A stretch of 11,081 nt of DNA from Escherichia coli (GTDB taxonomy: Bacteria > Pseudomonadota > Gammaproteobacteria > Enterobacterales > Enterobacteriaceae). The notes beneath the pieces are model-generated. The model made no database searches and was not told the origin of the DNA. It saw nothing but the letters and a program-made list of their open reading frames with translations. The DNA lies in NCBI RefSeq assembly GCF_003334315.1, contig NZ_QOWR01000086.1; one strand, written 5' to 3'. Made by a program: the position numbers and the translations under genes. Below are positions 1 to 8,316 of this stretch, in pieces (position 1 is the stretch's first letter; each line of letters opens with the position of its first letter).

Positions 1-615
<615 letters not shown>

Positions 616-764
616 TCAGGGATCCCCACCATCTTCGCTCGAAATGCATCGATATTTTTTCAGAATGCTCATTAAAATATCATTTTTTCATGCAATCGTC
701 ATCAATGTGAGAAATAAAACACAATGAGTAAAATCTTATGTTTAATTTATTTGTGGGGTTTTAA

Positions 765-1130
765 TTAATTTAATCGTATTGTGCTGGCATTTTCATCAGC
801 CCCTTTTTGCCATACTTCATGCAGTTGGCTGGCATTTTCAACATTGTTGCAGCTGGCAGGAAAGCTTTTACCGGAAAGTCCTCGGGCATAAGTAAAATCG
901 GTCTGGCAAGTTTTCTTTTGTCCTTCGGCATATCCTTTAAGGTATAGACCGCGATCCGCCTGTGAATCGCTAAATGCATCGTCATCTTTTATGGCGCTGC
1001 CCGATATCGCATCTTCCATACCGACATCATACCAGTCGGTGCTGGTCAAGGTTGGCGCGTGAGTATAAGGATCAATCTGACATCCGCTAACCAGTAAAGC
1101 CAACAAGGGGGCGATAAACTTTTTCATCAT
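765..1130 (-). CDS. yfiL: YfiL, small lipoprotein of unknown function (DUF2799-like)
   Basis: The track ORF runs 765..1169, but the likely start is the ATG at 1130, preceded by AAGGAG with a 6-nt spacer. That gives 121 aa beginning MMKKFIAPLLALLVSGCQ, i.e. a signal peptide plus lipobox (LVSGC). Confidence 0.8.
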   Translation of the reverse strand: MMKKFIAPLLALLVSGCQIDPYTHAPTLTSTDWYDVGMEDAISGSAIKDDDAFSDSQADRGLYLKGYAEGQKKTCQTDFTYARGLSGKSFPASCNNVENASQLHEVWQKGADENASTIRLN

Positions 1131-1175
1131 TTCTTTCTCCTTTTTCAAAGCATAGCGGATTGTTTTCAAAGGGAG

Positions 1176-1268
1176 TGTAAATTTATCTATACAGAGGTAA
1201 GGGTTGAAAGCGCGACTAAATTGCCTGTGTAAATAAAAATGTACGAAATATGGATTGAAAACTTTACT
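1176..1268. promoter_or_regulatory. Cluster of three TyrR-box-like operators in the yfiL/aroF divergent region
   Basis: Matches to the TyrR box consensus TGTAAA-N6-TTTACA: TGTAAATTTATCTATACA (1176..1193), TGTAAATAAAAATGTACG (1228..1245), TGGATTGAAAACTTTACT (1251..1268). aroF is the classic tyrosine-repressed TyrR target. Boxes were matched by eye. Confidence 0.6.
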
Positions 1269-1282
1269 TTATGTGTTATCGT
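1255..1282 (+). promoter_or_regulatory. Candidate aroF sigma-70 promoter (-35 TTGAAA, -10 TATCGT, 16-bp spacer) overlapping a TyrR box
   Basis: TTGAAA at 1255..1260 and TATCGT at 1277..1282, about 60 nt upstream of the aroF ATG. AGGA Shine-Dalgarno at 1328..1331. Hexamers picked by eye. Confidence 0.4.
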
Positions 1283-1339
1283 TACGTCATCCTCGCTGAG
1301 GATCAACTATCGCAAACGAGCATAAACAGGATCGCCATC

Positions 1340-2410
1340 ATGCAAAAAGACGCGCTGAATAACGTACATATTACCGACGAACAGGTTTTAATGACTCCGG
1401 AACAACTGAAGGCCGCTTTTCCATTGAGCCTGCAACAAGAAGCCCAGATTGCTGACTCGCGTAAAAGCATTTCAGATATTATCGCCGGGCGCGATCCTCG
1501 TCTGCTGGTAGTATGTGGTCCTTGTTCCATTCATGATCCGGAAACTGCTCTGGAATATGCTCGTCGATTTAAAGCCCTTGCCGCAGAGGTCAGCGATAGC
1601 CTCTATCTGGTAATGCGCGTCTATTTTGAAAAACCCCGTACCACTGTCGGCTGGAAAGGGTTAATTAACGATCCCCATATGGATGGCTCTTTTGATGTAG
1701 AAGCCGGGCTGCAGATCGCGCGTAAATTGCTGCTTGAGCTGGTGAATATGGGACTGCCACTGGCGACGGAAGCGTTAGATCCGAATAGCCCGCAATACCT
1801 GGGCGATCTGTTTAGCTGGTCAGCAATTGGTGCTCGTACAACGGAATCGCAAACTCACCGTGAAATGGCCTCCGGGCTTTCCATGCCGGTTGGTTTTAAA
1901 AACGGCACCGACGGCAGTCTGGCAACAGCAATTAACGCTATGCGCGCCGCCGCCCAGCCGCACCGTTTTGTTGGCATTAACCAGGCAGGGCAGGTTGCGT
2001 TGCTACAAACTCAGGGGAATCCGGACGGCCATGTGATCCTGCGCGGTGGTAAAGCGCCGAACTATAGCCCTGCGGATGTTGCGCAATGTGAAAAAGAGAT
2101 GGAACAGGCGGGACTGCGCCCGTCTCTGATGGTAGATTGCAGCCACGGTAATTCCAATAAAGATTATCGCCGTCAGCCTGCGGTGGCAGAATCCGTGGTT
2201 GCTCAAATCAAAGATGGCAATCGCTCAATTATTGGTCTGATGATCGAAAGTAATATCCACGAGGGCAATCAGTCTTCCGAGCAACCGCGCAGTGAAATGA
2301 AATACGGTGTATCCGTAACCGATGCCTGCATTAGCTGGGAAATGACCGATGCCTTGCTGCGTGAAATTCATCAGGATCTGAACGGGCAGCTGACGGCTCG
2401 CGTGGCTTAA
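1340..2410 (+). CDS. aroF: Tyrosine-sensitive DAHP synthase (3-deoxy-D-arabino-heptulosonate-7-phosphate synthase)
   Basis: Track ORF 1271..2410; the start is taken at the ATG at 1340 ([15 protein letters not shown]...), giving 356 aa, the known AroF length and N-terminus. Class I DAHP synthase sequence. Followed 10 nt later by tyrA, the classic aroF-tyrA operon. Confidence 0.95.
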   Translation: MQKDALNNVHITDEQVLMTPEQLKAAFPLSLQQEAQIADSRKSISDIIAGRDPRLLVVCGPCSIHDPETALEYARRFKALAAEVSDSLYLVMRVYFEKPRTTVGWKGLINDPHMDGSFDVEAGLQIARKLLLELVNMGLPLATEALDPNSPQYLGDLFSWSAIGARTTESQTHREMASGLSMPVGFKNGTDGSLATAINAMRAAAQPHRFVGINQAGQVALLQTQGNPDGHVILRGGKAPNYSPADVAQCEKEMEQAGLRPSLMVDCSHGNSNKDYRRQPAVAESVVAQIKDGNRSIIGLMIESNIHEGNQSSEQPRSEMKYGVSVTDACISWEMTDALLREIHQDLNGQLTARVA

Positions 2411-2420
2411 GAGGTTTATT

Positions 2421-3542
2421 ATGGTTGCTGAATTGACCGCATTACGCGATCAAATTGATGAAGTCGATAAAGCGCTGCTGAATTTATTAGCGAAGCGTCT
2501 GGAACTGGTTGCTGAAGTGGGCGAGGTGAAAAGCCGCTTTGGACTGCCTATTTATGTTCCGGAGCGCGAGGCATCTATGTTGGCCTCGCGTCGTGCAGAG
2601 GCGGAAGCTCTGGGTGTACCGCCAGATCTGATTGAGGATGTTTTGCGTCGGGTGATGCGTGAATCTTACTCCAGTGAAAACGACAAAGGATTTAAAACAC
2701 TTTGTCCGTCACTGCGTCCGGTGGTTATCGTCGGCGGTGGCGGTCAGATGGGACGCCTGTTCGAGAAGATGCTGACCCTCTCGGGTTATCAGGTGCGGAT
2801 TCTGGAGCAACATGACTGGGATCGAGCGGCTGATATTGTTGCCGATGCCGGAATGGTGATTGTTAGTGTGCCAATCCACGTTACTGAGCAAGTTATTGGC
2901 AAATTACCGCCTTTACCGAAAGATTGTATTCTGGTCGATCTGGCATCAGTGAAAAATGGGCCATTACAGGCCATGCTGGCGGCGCATGATGGTCCGGTGC
3001 TGGGGCTACACCCGATGTTCGGTCCGGACAGCGGTAGCCTGGCAAAGCAAGTTGTGGTCTGGTGTGATGGACGTAAACCGGAAGCATACCAATGGTTTCT
3101 GGAGCAAATTCAGGTCTGGGGCGCTCGGCTGCATCGTATTAGCGCCGTCGAGCACGATCAGAATATGGCGTTTATTCAGGCACTGCGCCACTTTGCTACT
3201 TTTGCTTACGGGCTGCACCTGGCAGAAGAAAATGTTCAGCTTGAGCAACTTCTGGCGCTCTCTTCGCCGATTTACCGCCTTGAGCTGGCGATGGTCGGGC
3301 GACTGTTTGCTCAGGATCCGCAGCTTTATGCCGACATCATTATGTCGTCAGAGCGTAATCTGGCGTTAATCAAACGTTACTATAAGCGTTTCGGCGAGGC
3401 GATTGAGTTGCTGGAGCAGGGCGATAAGCAGGCGTTTATTGACAGTTTCCGCAAGGTGGAGCACTGGTTCGGCGATTACGCACAGCGTTTTCAGAGTGAA
3501 AGCCGCGTGTTATTGCGTCAGGCGAATGACAATCGCCAGTAA
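2421..3542 (+). CDS. tyrA: Bifunctional chorismate mutase / prephenate dehydrogenase (T-protein)
   Basis: 373-aa ORF with an N-terminal chorismate mutase region and a Rossmann-type motif ([14 protein letters not shown]) for the NAD-dependent dehydrogenase. AAGAGG Shine-Dalgarno overlaps the aroF stop. Confidence 0.95.
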   Translation: MVAELTALRDQIDEVDKALLNLLAKRLELVAEVGEVKSRFGLPIYVPEREASMLASRRAEAEALGVPPDLIEDVLRRVMRESYSSENDKGFKTLCPSLRPVVIVGGGGQMGRLFEKMLTLSGYQVRILEQHDWDRAADIVADAGMVIVSVPIHVTEQVIGKLPPLPKDCILVDLASVKNGPLQAMLAAHDGPVLGLHPMFGPDSGSLAKQVVVWCDGRKPEAYQWFLEQIQVWGARLHRISAVEHDQNMAFIQALRHFATFAYGLHLAEENVQLEQLLALSSPIYRLELAMVGRLFAQDPQLYADIIMSSERNLALIKRYYKRFGEAIELLEQGDKQAFIDSFRKVEHWFGDYAQRFQSESRVLLRQANDNRQ

Positions 3543-3549
3543 TAATCCA

Positions 3550-3586
3550 GTGCCGGATGATTCACATCATCCGGCACCTTTTCATC
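3550..3586. terminator. Palindromic terminator between convergent tyrA and pheA
   Basis: Perfect inverted repeat GTGCCGGATGA (3550..3560) / TCATCCGGCAC (3567..3577) with loop TTCACA, followed by CTTTTCATC on the + strand. It lies 8 nt after the tyrA stop and immediately 3' of the pheA stop (3585..3587). Confidence 0.7.
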
Positions 3587-4745
3587 AGGTTGGATCAACA
3601 GGCACTACGTTCCCACTTGGGTAACAGCCCAATACCTTCATTGAACGGGTGATTTCCCCTAACTCTTTCAATGCTTTTTGCATTTCCGCTGATTCAAGAT
3701 TGGCCTGAATATCCAGATAGAACATCTCTTCCCATGGATTACCGTGAATCGGGCGTGATTCCAGACGGGTCATAATCAGATTGTGGTTGCGCAGTACCAG
3801 CAACGCTTCAACCAGCGCACCGGCTTGTTGCCCGGTCGCCATTAACAACGTGGTTTTCGCCGGAACCTGATCAGACACGTTAATGGCTTTACGCGCCAAC
3901 ACCACAAATCGGGTGAAGTTTTGTCGCTGATTTGCTTCAATACGCTCCAGTACCTGCAAACCGTACAAAGTGCCGCCAGCTTCGCTTCCCAACGCAGCAA
4001 CATGCGGTGATTTTGCCTGTGCAACCTTTTCCATTGCCGCAGACGTACTTTCGGTATATTCAATCTTCCAGTGCGGATAACGATTAAGGAATTTGCTGCA
4101 TTGCTGGAATGGCTGCGGATGGCTGTAGACCGTATTGATGGTGGATAAATCAGTAGTGCCGGAGACCAACAAACAATGGTCGATAGTTAACGTCATCTCG
4201 CCAACAATCGACAAGCTGGTATGTTGCAGCAGATCGTAAACGTCGTTTATGGCACCGGAGCTGGTATTTTCAATCGGTACGACGGCATAGTCGGCCTGGC
4301 CGGTTTCCACCTGATTAAAAATATCGGCAAATTTGGCGCAGCCACTTTCAATGAATTGCTCAAAGTGACGGGCAGCATACTGGCGCGCCGCAAGATGGGA
4401 ATAAGAACCTTTGGGGCCGAGAAAAGCGATGCGTGCTGAGTGCGGATTAATTTTATTGAGATGTTGTTGGAGCAAAGCCTGCTGAGTTAATACGGAATCT
4501 TCAATGATGAGCTGGAACAGGCGAGTAATGTAATGGGCGTCCAGATGGTGCGCTTTACCGAGCGTAATTAATCTTTCCAGCAAATCGCGTTCACGATCAA
4601 TATCACGTACCGGGCGATGCGAGAGCAGTTTGGCTTTTCCCACCTCGACGGCCAGTTCGCGCCGTTCTGCCAGTAACGCTAATAATTTTTCATCCAGCGC
4701 GCTGATTTTCTCTCGCAGCGCCAGTAACGGGTTTTCCGATGTCAT
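3585..4745 (-). CDS. pheA: Bifunctional chorismate mutase / prephenate dehydratase (P-protein)
   Basis: 386-aa ORF beginning [22 protein letters not shown], matching PheA in length and domain order (chorismate mutase, prephenate dehydratase, C-terminal regulatory domain). Confidence 0.95.
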   Translation of the reverse strand: MTSENPLLALREKISALDEKLLALLAERRELAVEVGKAKLLSHRPVRDIDRERDLLERLITLGKAHHLDAHYITRLFQLIIEDSVLTQQALLQQHLNKINPHSARIAFLGPKGSYSHLAARQYAARHFEQFIESGCAKFADIFNQVETGQADYAVVPIENTSSGAINDVYDLLQHTSLSIVGEMTLTIDHCLLVSGTTDLSTINTVYSHPQPFQQCSKFLNRYPHWKIEYTESTSAAMEKVAQAKSPHVAALGSEAGGTLYGLQVLERIEANQRQNFTRFVVLARKAINVSDQVPAKTTLLMATGQQAGALVEALLVLRNHNLIMTRLESRPIHGNPWEEMFYLDIQANLESAEMQKALKELGEITRSMKVLGCYPSGNVVPVDPT

Positions 4746-4765
4746 AGTGTTGCCTTTTTGTTATC

Positions 4766-4797
4766 AATAAAAAAGGCCCCCCGATTTGGGAGGCCTT
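4766..4797 (-). terminator. pheA attenuator (intrinsic terminator of the pheL leader transcript)
   Basis: Minus strand reads GGCCTCCCAAATCGGGGGGCC followed by TTTTTTATT, a GC-rich hairpin plus U-run. It sits between the pheL stop (4844) and the pheA start (4745). Confidence 0.85.
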
Positions 4798-4843
4798 ATT
4801 GTTCGTCTTCGCATTCTGTTTCACACGACGAAACGCCTCCCAT

Positions 4844-4891
4844 TCAGGGGAAGGTAAAAAAGAATGCGAAGAAAAACGGTATGTGTTTCAT
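4844..4891 (-). CDS. pheL: pheA leader peptide (Phe-rich attenuation peptide)
   Basis: Minus strand ATGAAACACATACCGTTTTTCTTCGCATTCTTTTTTACCTTCCCCTGA translates [15 protein letters not shown]: 15 aa with 7 Phe codons. Too short for the ORF track; found by reading the sequence. Confidence 0.9.
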
Positions 4892-4916
4892 GTTTGTTTC
4901 CTTAAGTGACTTTAGT

Positions 4917-4946
4917 ACAGTACCCGTACTGTTTTCACGCTGTCAA
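4917..4946 (-). promoter_or_regulatory. Candidate pheL-pheA promoter (-35 TTGACA, -10 TACTGT)
   Basis: On the minus strand, TTGACA (4946..4941), an 18-nt spacer, then TACTGT (4922..4917), about 25 nt upstream of the pheL ATG. The -35 directly abuts the raiA terminator U-run. Confidence 0.55.
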
Positions 4947-4947
4947 C

Positions 4948-4970
4948 AAAAAACGCGCCCGAAGGCGCGT
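4948..4970 (-). terminator. raiA intrinsic terminator
   Basis: Minus strand ACGCGCC-TTCG-GGCGCGT hairpin (stems at 4964..4970 and 4953..4959) followed by TTTTTT, about 25 nt after the raiA stop. Confidence 0.8.
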
Positions 4971-4994
4971 TGGCGATACACTCAATATAAAGGA

Positions 4995-5390
<396 letters not shown>

Positions 5391-5407
5391 TCAAAATGTG
5401 TGATGAA

Positions 5408-5436
5408 AATCTCATAATTTTGTCACTTTTTGTCAA
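5408..5436 (-). promoter_or_regulatory. Candidate raiA promoter region (-35 TTGACA with weak -10 candidates)
   Basis: Minus-strand TTGACA at 5436..5431, with a second TTGACA at 5394..5389, in the AT-rich region upstream of raiA. No convincing -10 hexamer could be assigned by eye. Confidence 0.25.
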
Positions 5437-5560
5437 CGAATCTTTTTTGTGAGAAATCGCAGGAAGAGATGTTTTTTTACTTGAGGAATATCTCAAAGCG
5501 AGCCATATTTGATGAGATCGATAGCGACTAAATCGCTTCAGTTTCACAACTGACAGAATA

Positions 5561-5590
5561 AAAAAACGGCAGCTCAAGGGCTGCCGTTTT
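5561..5590 (-). terminator. bamD intrinsic terminator (symmetric, A-run / hairpin / T-run)
   Basis: + strand AAAAAA, then CGGCAGC (5567..5573), loop TCAAGG, GCTGCCG (5580..5586), then TTTT. On the minus strand the hairpin is followed by a U7 run, about 20 nt after the bamD stop. Confidence 0.8.
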
Positions 5591-5606
5591 GTGTTTCAGG
5601 TTTCTG

Positions 5607-6344
5607 TTATGTATTGCTGCTGTTTGCGGCGATGATTTTCGCTACTTTTTCAGCTTGCGCATTCATCTGCATCTGACGGTATGCATTTTCCATCAGCGGC
5701 AGCGCATCACGCGTAGCCTGGGTATCCGGGTAGTCGCGCAACATGCCTTCTACGCGGTTAACGACGGCAACCCATGCGCCACGTTCTGTATAGTACTCGG
5801 CCACGGAGTATTCATATTTCGCCAGACGATCTTTCAGGAATACCAGACGTTTGGTGGCATCGGTGGTGTACTGACTGTTCGGATAGCCGCGCACCAGTTT
5901 GGAAAAGTCACTAAACGCAGCTCGTGCATGTTGAGGATCGCGATCGCTACGATCGACGCCAAAGAACCCTTGCAGCGCACTGTCATCCAGCGCCATATTG
6001 GTCAGGCCACGCATGTACATGACATAATCGATATTCGGATGGGTCGGGTTAAGGCGAATAAAACGATCGATGGCAGCCTGTGCTAACGGCAAATCGGCGT
6101 TTTTATAGTAGGCGTAGATGAGATCCAGCTGCACCTGCTGCGAATACGGACCAAACGGATAGCGATTATCTAACGCTTCCAGTTGCGTTATTGCCTGTCT
6201 CCAGTTACCGTCCTGCAGCTTTTGTTGTGCAGTCGCGTAAATTTCATTTGGCGGATTATCAGGTACTTCTTCCTTTGACCCCGAGCAACCCGCCAAAAAC
6301 AGGCTTAGTGTGGCGGCTGCCACCAGATATTTCATGCGCGTCAT
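5607..6344 (-). CDS. bamD: Outer membrane protein assembly factor BamD (YfiO), BAM complex lipoprotein
   Basis: 245-aa ORF with signal peptide and lipobox ([22 protein letters not shown]), followed by a TPR-like sequence. Matches BamD in length. Confidence 0.95.
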
Positions 6345-6478
6345 GACGTTTTGACTTTCCTCAAAATGTAATACGGGAGATTCTCTGTTCCTGCTCCCGG
6401 TTAAGACCAGCTACAATAGCACACTATATTAAACGGCAAAGCCGTAAAACCCCAACGATAAACGAAGAAGCAGTATAT

Positions 6479-7459
6479 ATGGCACAACGAGTACAGCTCA
6501 CTGCAACGGTGTCCGAAAACCAACTCGGTCAACGCTTAGATCAGGCTTTGGCCGAAATGTTCCCGGATTATTCACGTTCGCGAATAAAAGAATGGATCCT
6601 CGACCAGCGAGTGCTGGTTAACGGCAAAGTTTGTGATAAGCCGAAAGAAAAAGTATTGGGTGGCGAGCAGGTTGCCATCAACGCTGAGATTGAAGAAGAA
6701 GCGCGTTTTGAACCGCAGGATATCCCGCTGGATATCGTCTATGAAGATGAAGACATTATTATCATTAATAAACCGCGCGACCTGGTGGTACATCCTGGCG
6801 CGGGTAACCCGGATGGCACGGTACTGAATGCGTTGCTTCATTACTATCCACCCATTGCCGATGTACCGCGTGCGGGCATCGTCCATCGTCTGGATAAAGA
6901 CACCACTGGCCTGATGGTTGTGGCAAAAACCGTTCCGGCTCAGACGCGTTTAGTCGAATCTTTGCAACGGCGTGAAATTACTCGTGAGTATGAAGCGGTG
7001 GCGATTGGTCATATGACCGCAGGTGGCACGGTGGACGAGCCAATCAGTCGCCACCCGACCAAACGTACCCATATGGCGGTGCATCCGATGGGCAAACCAG
7101 CGGTGACTCACTATCGCATCATGGAACACTTCCGTGTGCACACGCGTCTGCGGTTGCGTCTGGAAACTGGACGTACGCACCAGATCCGCGTGCATATGGC
7201 CCATATCACTCATCCGCTGGTGGGCGATCCGGTTTATGGTGGCCGTCCGCGTCCGCCAAAAGGTGCTTCGGAAGCATTTATCTCCACGCTGCGTAAGTTT
7301 GACCGCCAGGCGCTACATGCAACCATGCTGCGTCTTTATCACCCGATCTCCGGCATCGAAATGGAATGGCATGCGCCTATTCCACAAGATATGGTGGAGC
7401 TGATTGAGGTGATGCGCGCCGATTTCGAAGAACATAAGGATGAAGTGGACTGGTTATGA
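6479..7459 (+). CDS. rluD: 23S rRNA pseudouridine(1911/1915/1917) synthase RluD
   Basis: 326-aa ORF with an N-terminal S4-like RNA-binding region and the RluA-family catalytic motif HRLDKDTTG. Matches RluD in length. Confidence 0.95.
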   Translation: MAQRVQLTATVSENQLGQRLDQALAEMFPDYSRSRIKEWILDQRVLVNGKVCDKPKEKVLGGEQVAINAEIEEEARFEPQDIPLDIVYEDEDIIIINKPRDLVVHPGAGNPDGTVLNALLHYYPPIADVPRAGIVHRLDKDTTGLMVVAKTVPAQTRLVESLQRREITREYEAVAIGHMTAGGTVDEPISRHPTKRTHMAVHPMGKPAVTHYRIMEHFRVHTRLRLRLETGRTHQIRVHMAHITHPLVGDPVYGGRPRPPKGASEAFISTLRKFDRQALHATMLRLYHPISGIEMEWHAPIPQDMVELIEVMRADFEEHKDEVDWL

Positions 7460-8187
7460 GTAAGCTGATTGTCCCGCAGTGGCCGCAGCCAAAAGGTGTT
7501 GCGGCCTGTAGCTCCACTCGTATCGGCGGCGTGAGCTTGCCCCCGTATGACTCACTCAACCTCGGTGCCCATTGTGGCGATAACCCGGATCACGTTGAGG
7601 AGAATCGCAAGCGACTTTTTGCTGCGGGCAATTTGCCTTCTAAACCGGTCTGGCTTGAGCAGGTACACGGCAAAGATGTGCTTAAGCTCACTGGCGAACC
7701 TTATGCCTCAAAACGGGCGGATGCCTCTTATAGCAATACGCCCGGCACGGTTTGCGCAGTGATGACTGCCGACTGCCTCCCTGTGCTGTTTTGCAATCGA
7801 GCGGGAACGGAAGTCGCCGCCGCTCATGCTGGCTGGCGTGGACTGTGCGCAGGCGTGCTGGAAGAGACGGTTTCCTGTTTTGCTGATAATCCGGAAAATA
7901 TTCTCGCCTGGTTAGGGCCGGCAATTGGTCCACGCGCGTTCGAAGTGGGGGGGGAGGTTCGCGAGGCGTTTATGGCAGTAGACGCTAAAGCAAGTGCAGC
8001 TTTCATTCAGCATGGTGATAAGTATCTGGCGGATATTTATCAGCTTGCCCGGCAGCGTCTGGCGAACGTGGGTGTTGAGCAAATTTTCGGCGGCGACCGT
8101 TGTACATATACGGAAAATGAGACTTTCTTCTCTTATCGTCGCGACAAGACCACCGGTCGTATGGCAAGTTTCATTTGGCTGATATAA
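7456..8187 (+). CDS. pgeF: YfiH/PgeF (DUF152 / LACC1-family purine nucleoside phosphorylase; peptidoglycan editing factor)
   Basis: 243-aa ORF beginning MSKLIVPQWPQPKGVAACSSTRIGGVS. Its start overlaps the rluD stop by 4 nt (ATGA), implying translational coupling. Confidence 0.9.
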   Translation: MSKLIVPQWPQPKGVAACSSTRIGGVSLPPYDSLNLGAHCGDNPDHVEENRKRLFAAGNLPSKPVWLEQVHGKDVLKLTGEPYASKRADASYSNTPGTVCAVMTADCLPVLFCNRAGTEVAAAHAGWRGLCAGVLEETVSCFADNPENILAWLGPAIGPRAFEVGGEVREAFMAVDAKASAAFIQHGDKYLADIYQLARQRLANVGVEQIFGGDRCTYTENETFFSYRRDKTTGRMASFIWLI

Positions 8188-8249
8188 CCTAAAGAATCAA
8201 GACGATCCGGTACGCGTGATTTTCTTTTCACATTAATCTGGTCAATAAC

Positions 8250-8278
8250 CTTGAATAATTGAGGGATGACCTCATTTA
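8250..8278 (+). promoter_or_regulatory. Candidate sigma-32 (heat-shock) promoter of clpB
   Basis: CTTGAA at 8250..8255 and CCTCATTTA at 8270..8278, separated by 14 nt. This fits the sigma-32 consensus (CTTGAA ... CCCCATNT). clpB is a known heat-shock regulon member. Confidence 0.6.
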
Positions 8279-8316
8279 ATCTCCAGTAGCAACTTTGATC
8301 CGTTATGGGAGGAGTT

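Noticed and set aside
619-653. Cluster of restriction sites (BamHI GGATCC, NsiI ATGCAT, ClaI ATCGAT) just upstream of the yfiR start, which could suggest an engineered cloning scar
   Set aside because: The flanking sequence runs continuously into native-looking Shine-Dalgarno and AT-rich promoter DNA, with no vector-like polylinker context. Three short palindromes in an AT-rich stretch are plausible by chance. Not verifiable without a reference alignment.
1271-1339. Extended N-terminus of aroF from the track ORF start at 1271 (MCYRYVILAEDQ...)
   Set aside because: The upstream ATG lacks a ribosome-binding site and overlaps the candidate -10 hexamer. The ATG at 1340 has an AGGA Shine-Dalgarno and gives the known 356-aa protein.
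5589-6086. 165-aa + strand ORF antisense to bamD
   Set aside because: It is fully contained in bamD on the opposite strand, has no convincing Shine-Dalgarno and its translation looks like a shadow ORF.
8305-8316. Alternative clpB start four codons upstream (MGGV-MRLD...)
   Set aside because: That ATG is itself part of the purine-rich Shine-Dalgarno (GGGAGGAG) serving the ATG at 8317, and the known ClpB N-terminus begins MRLDRL.
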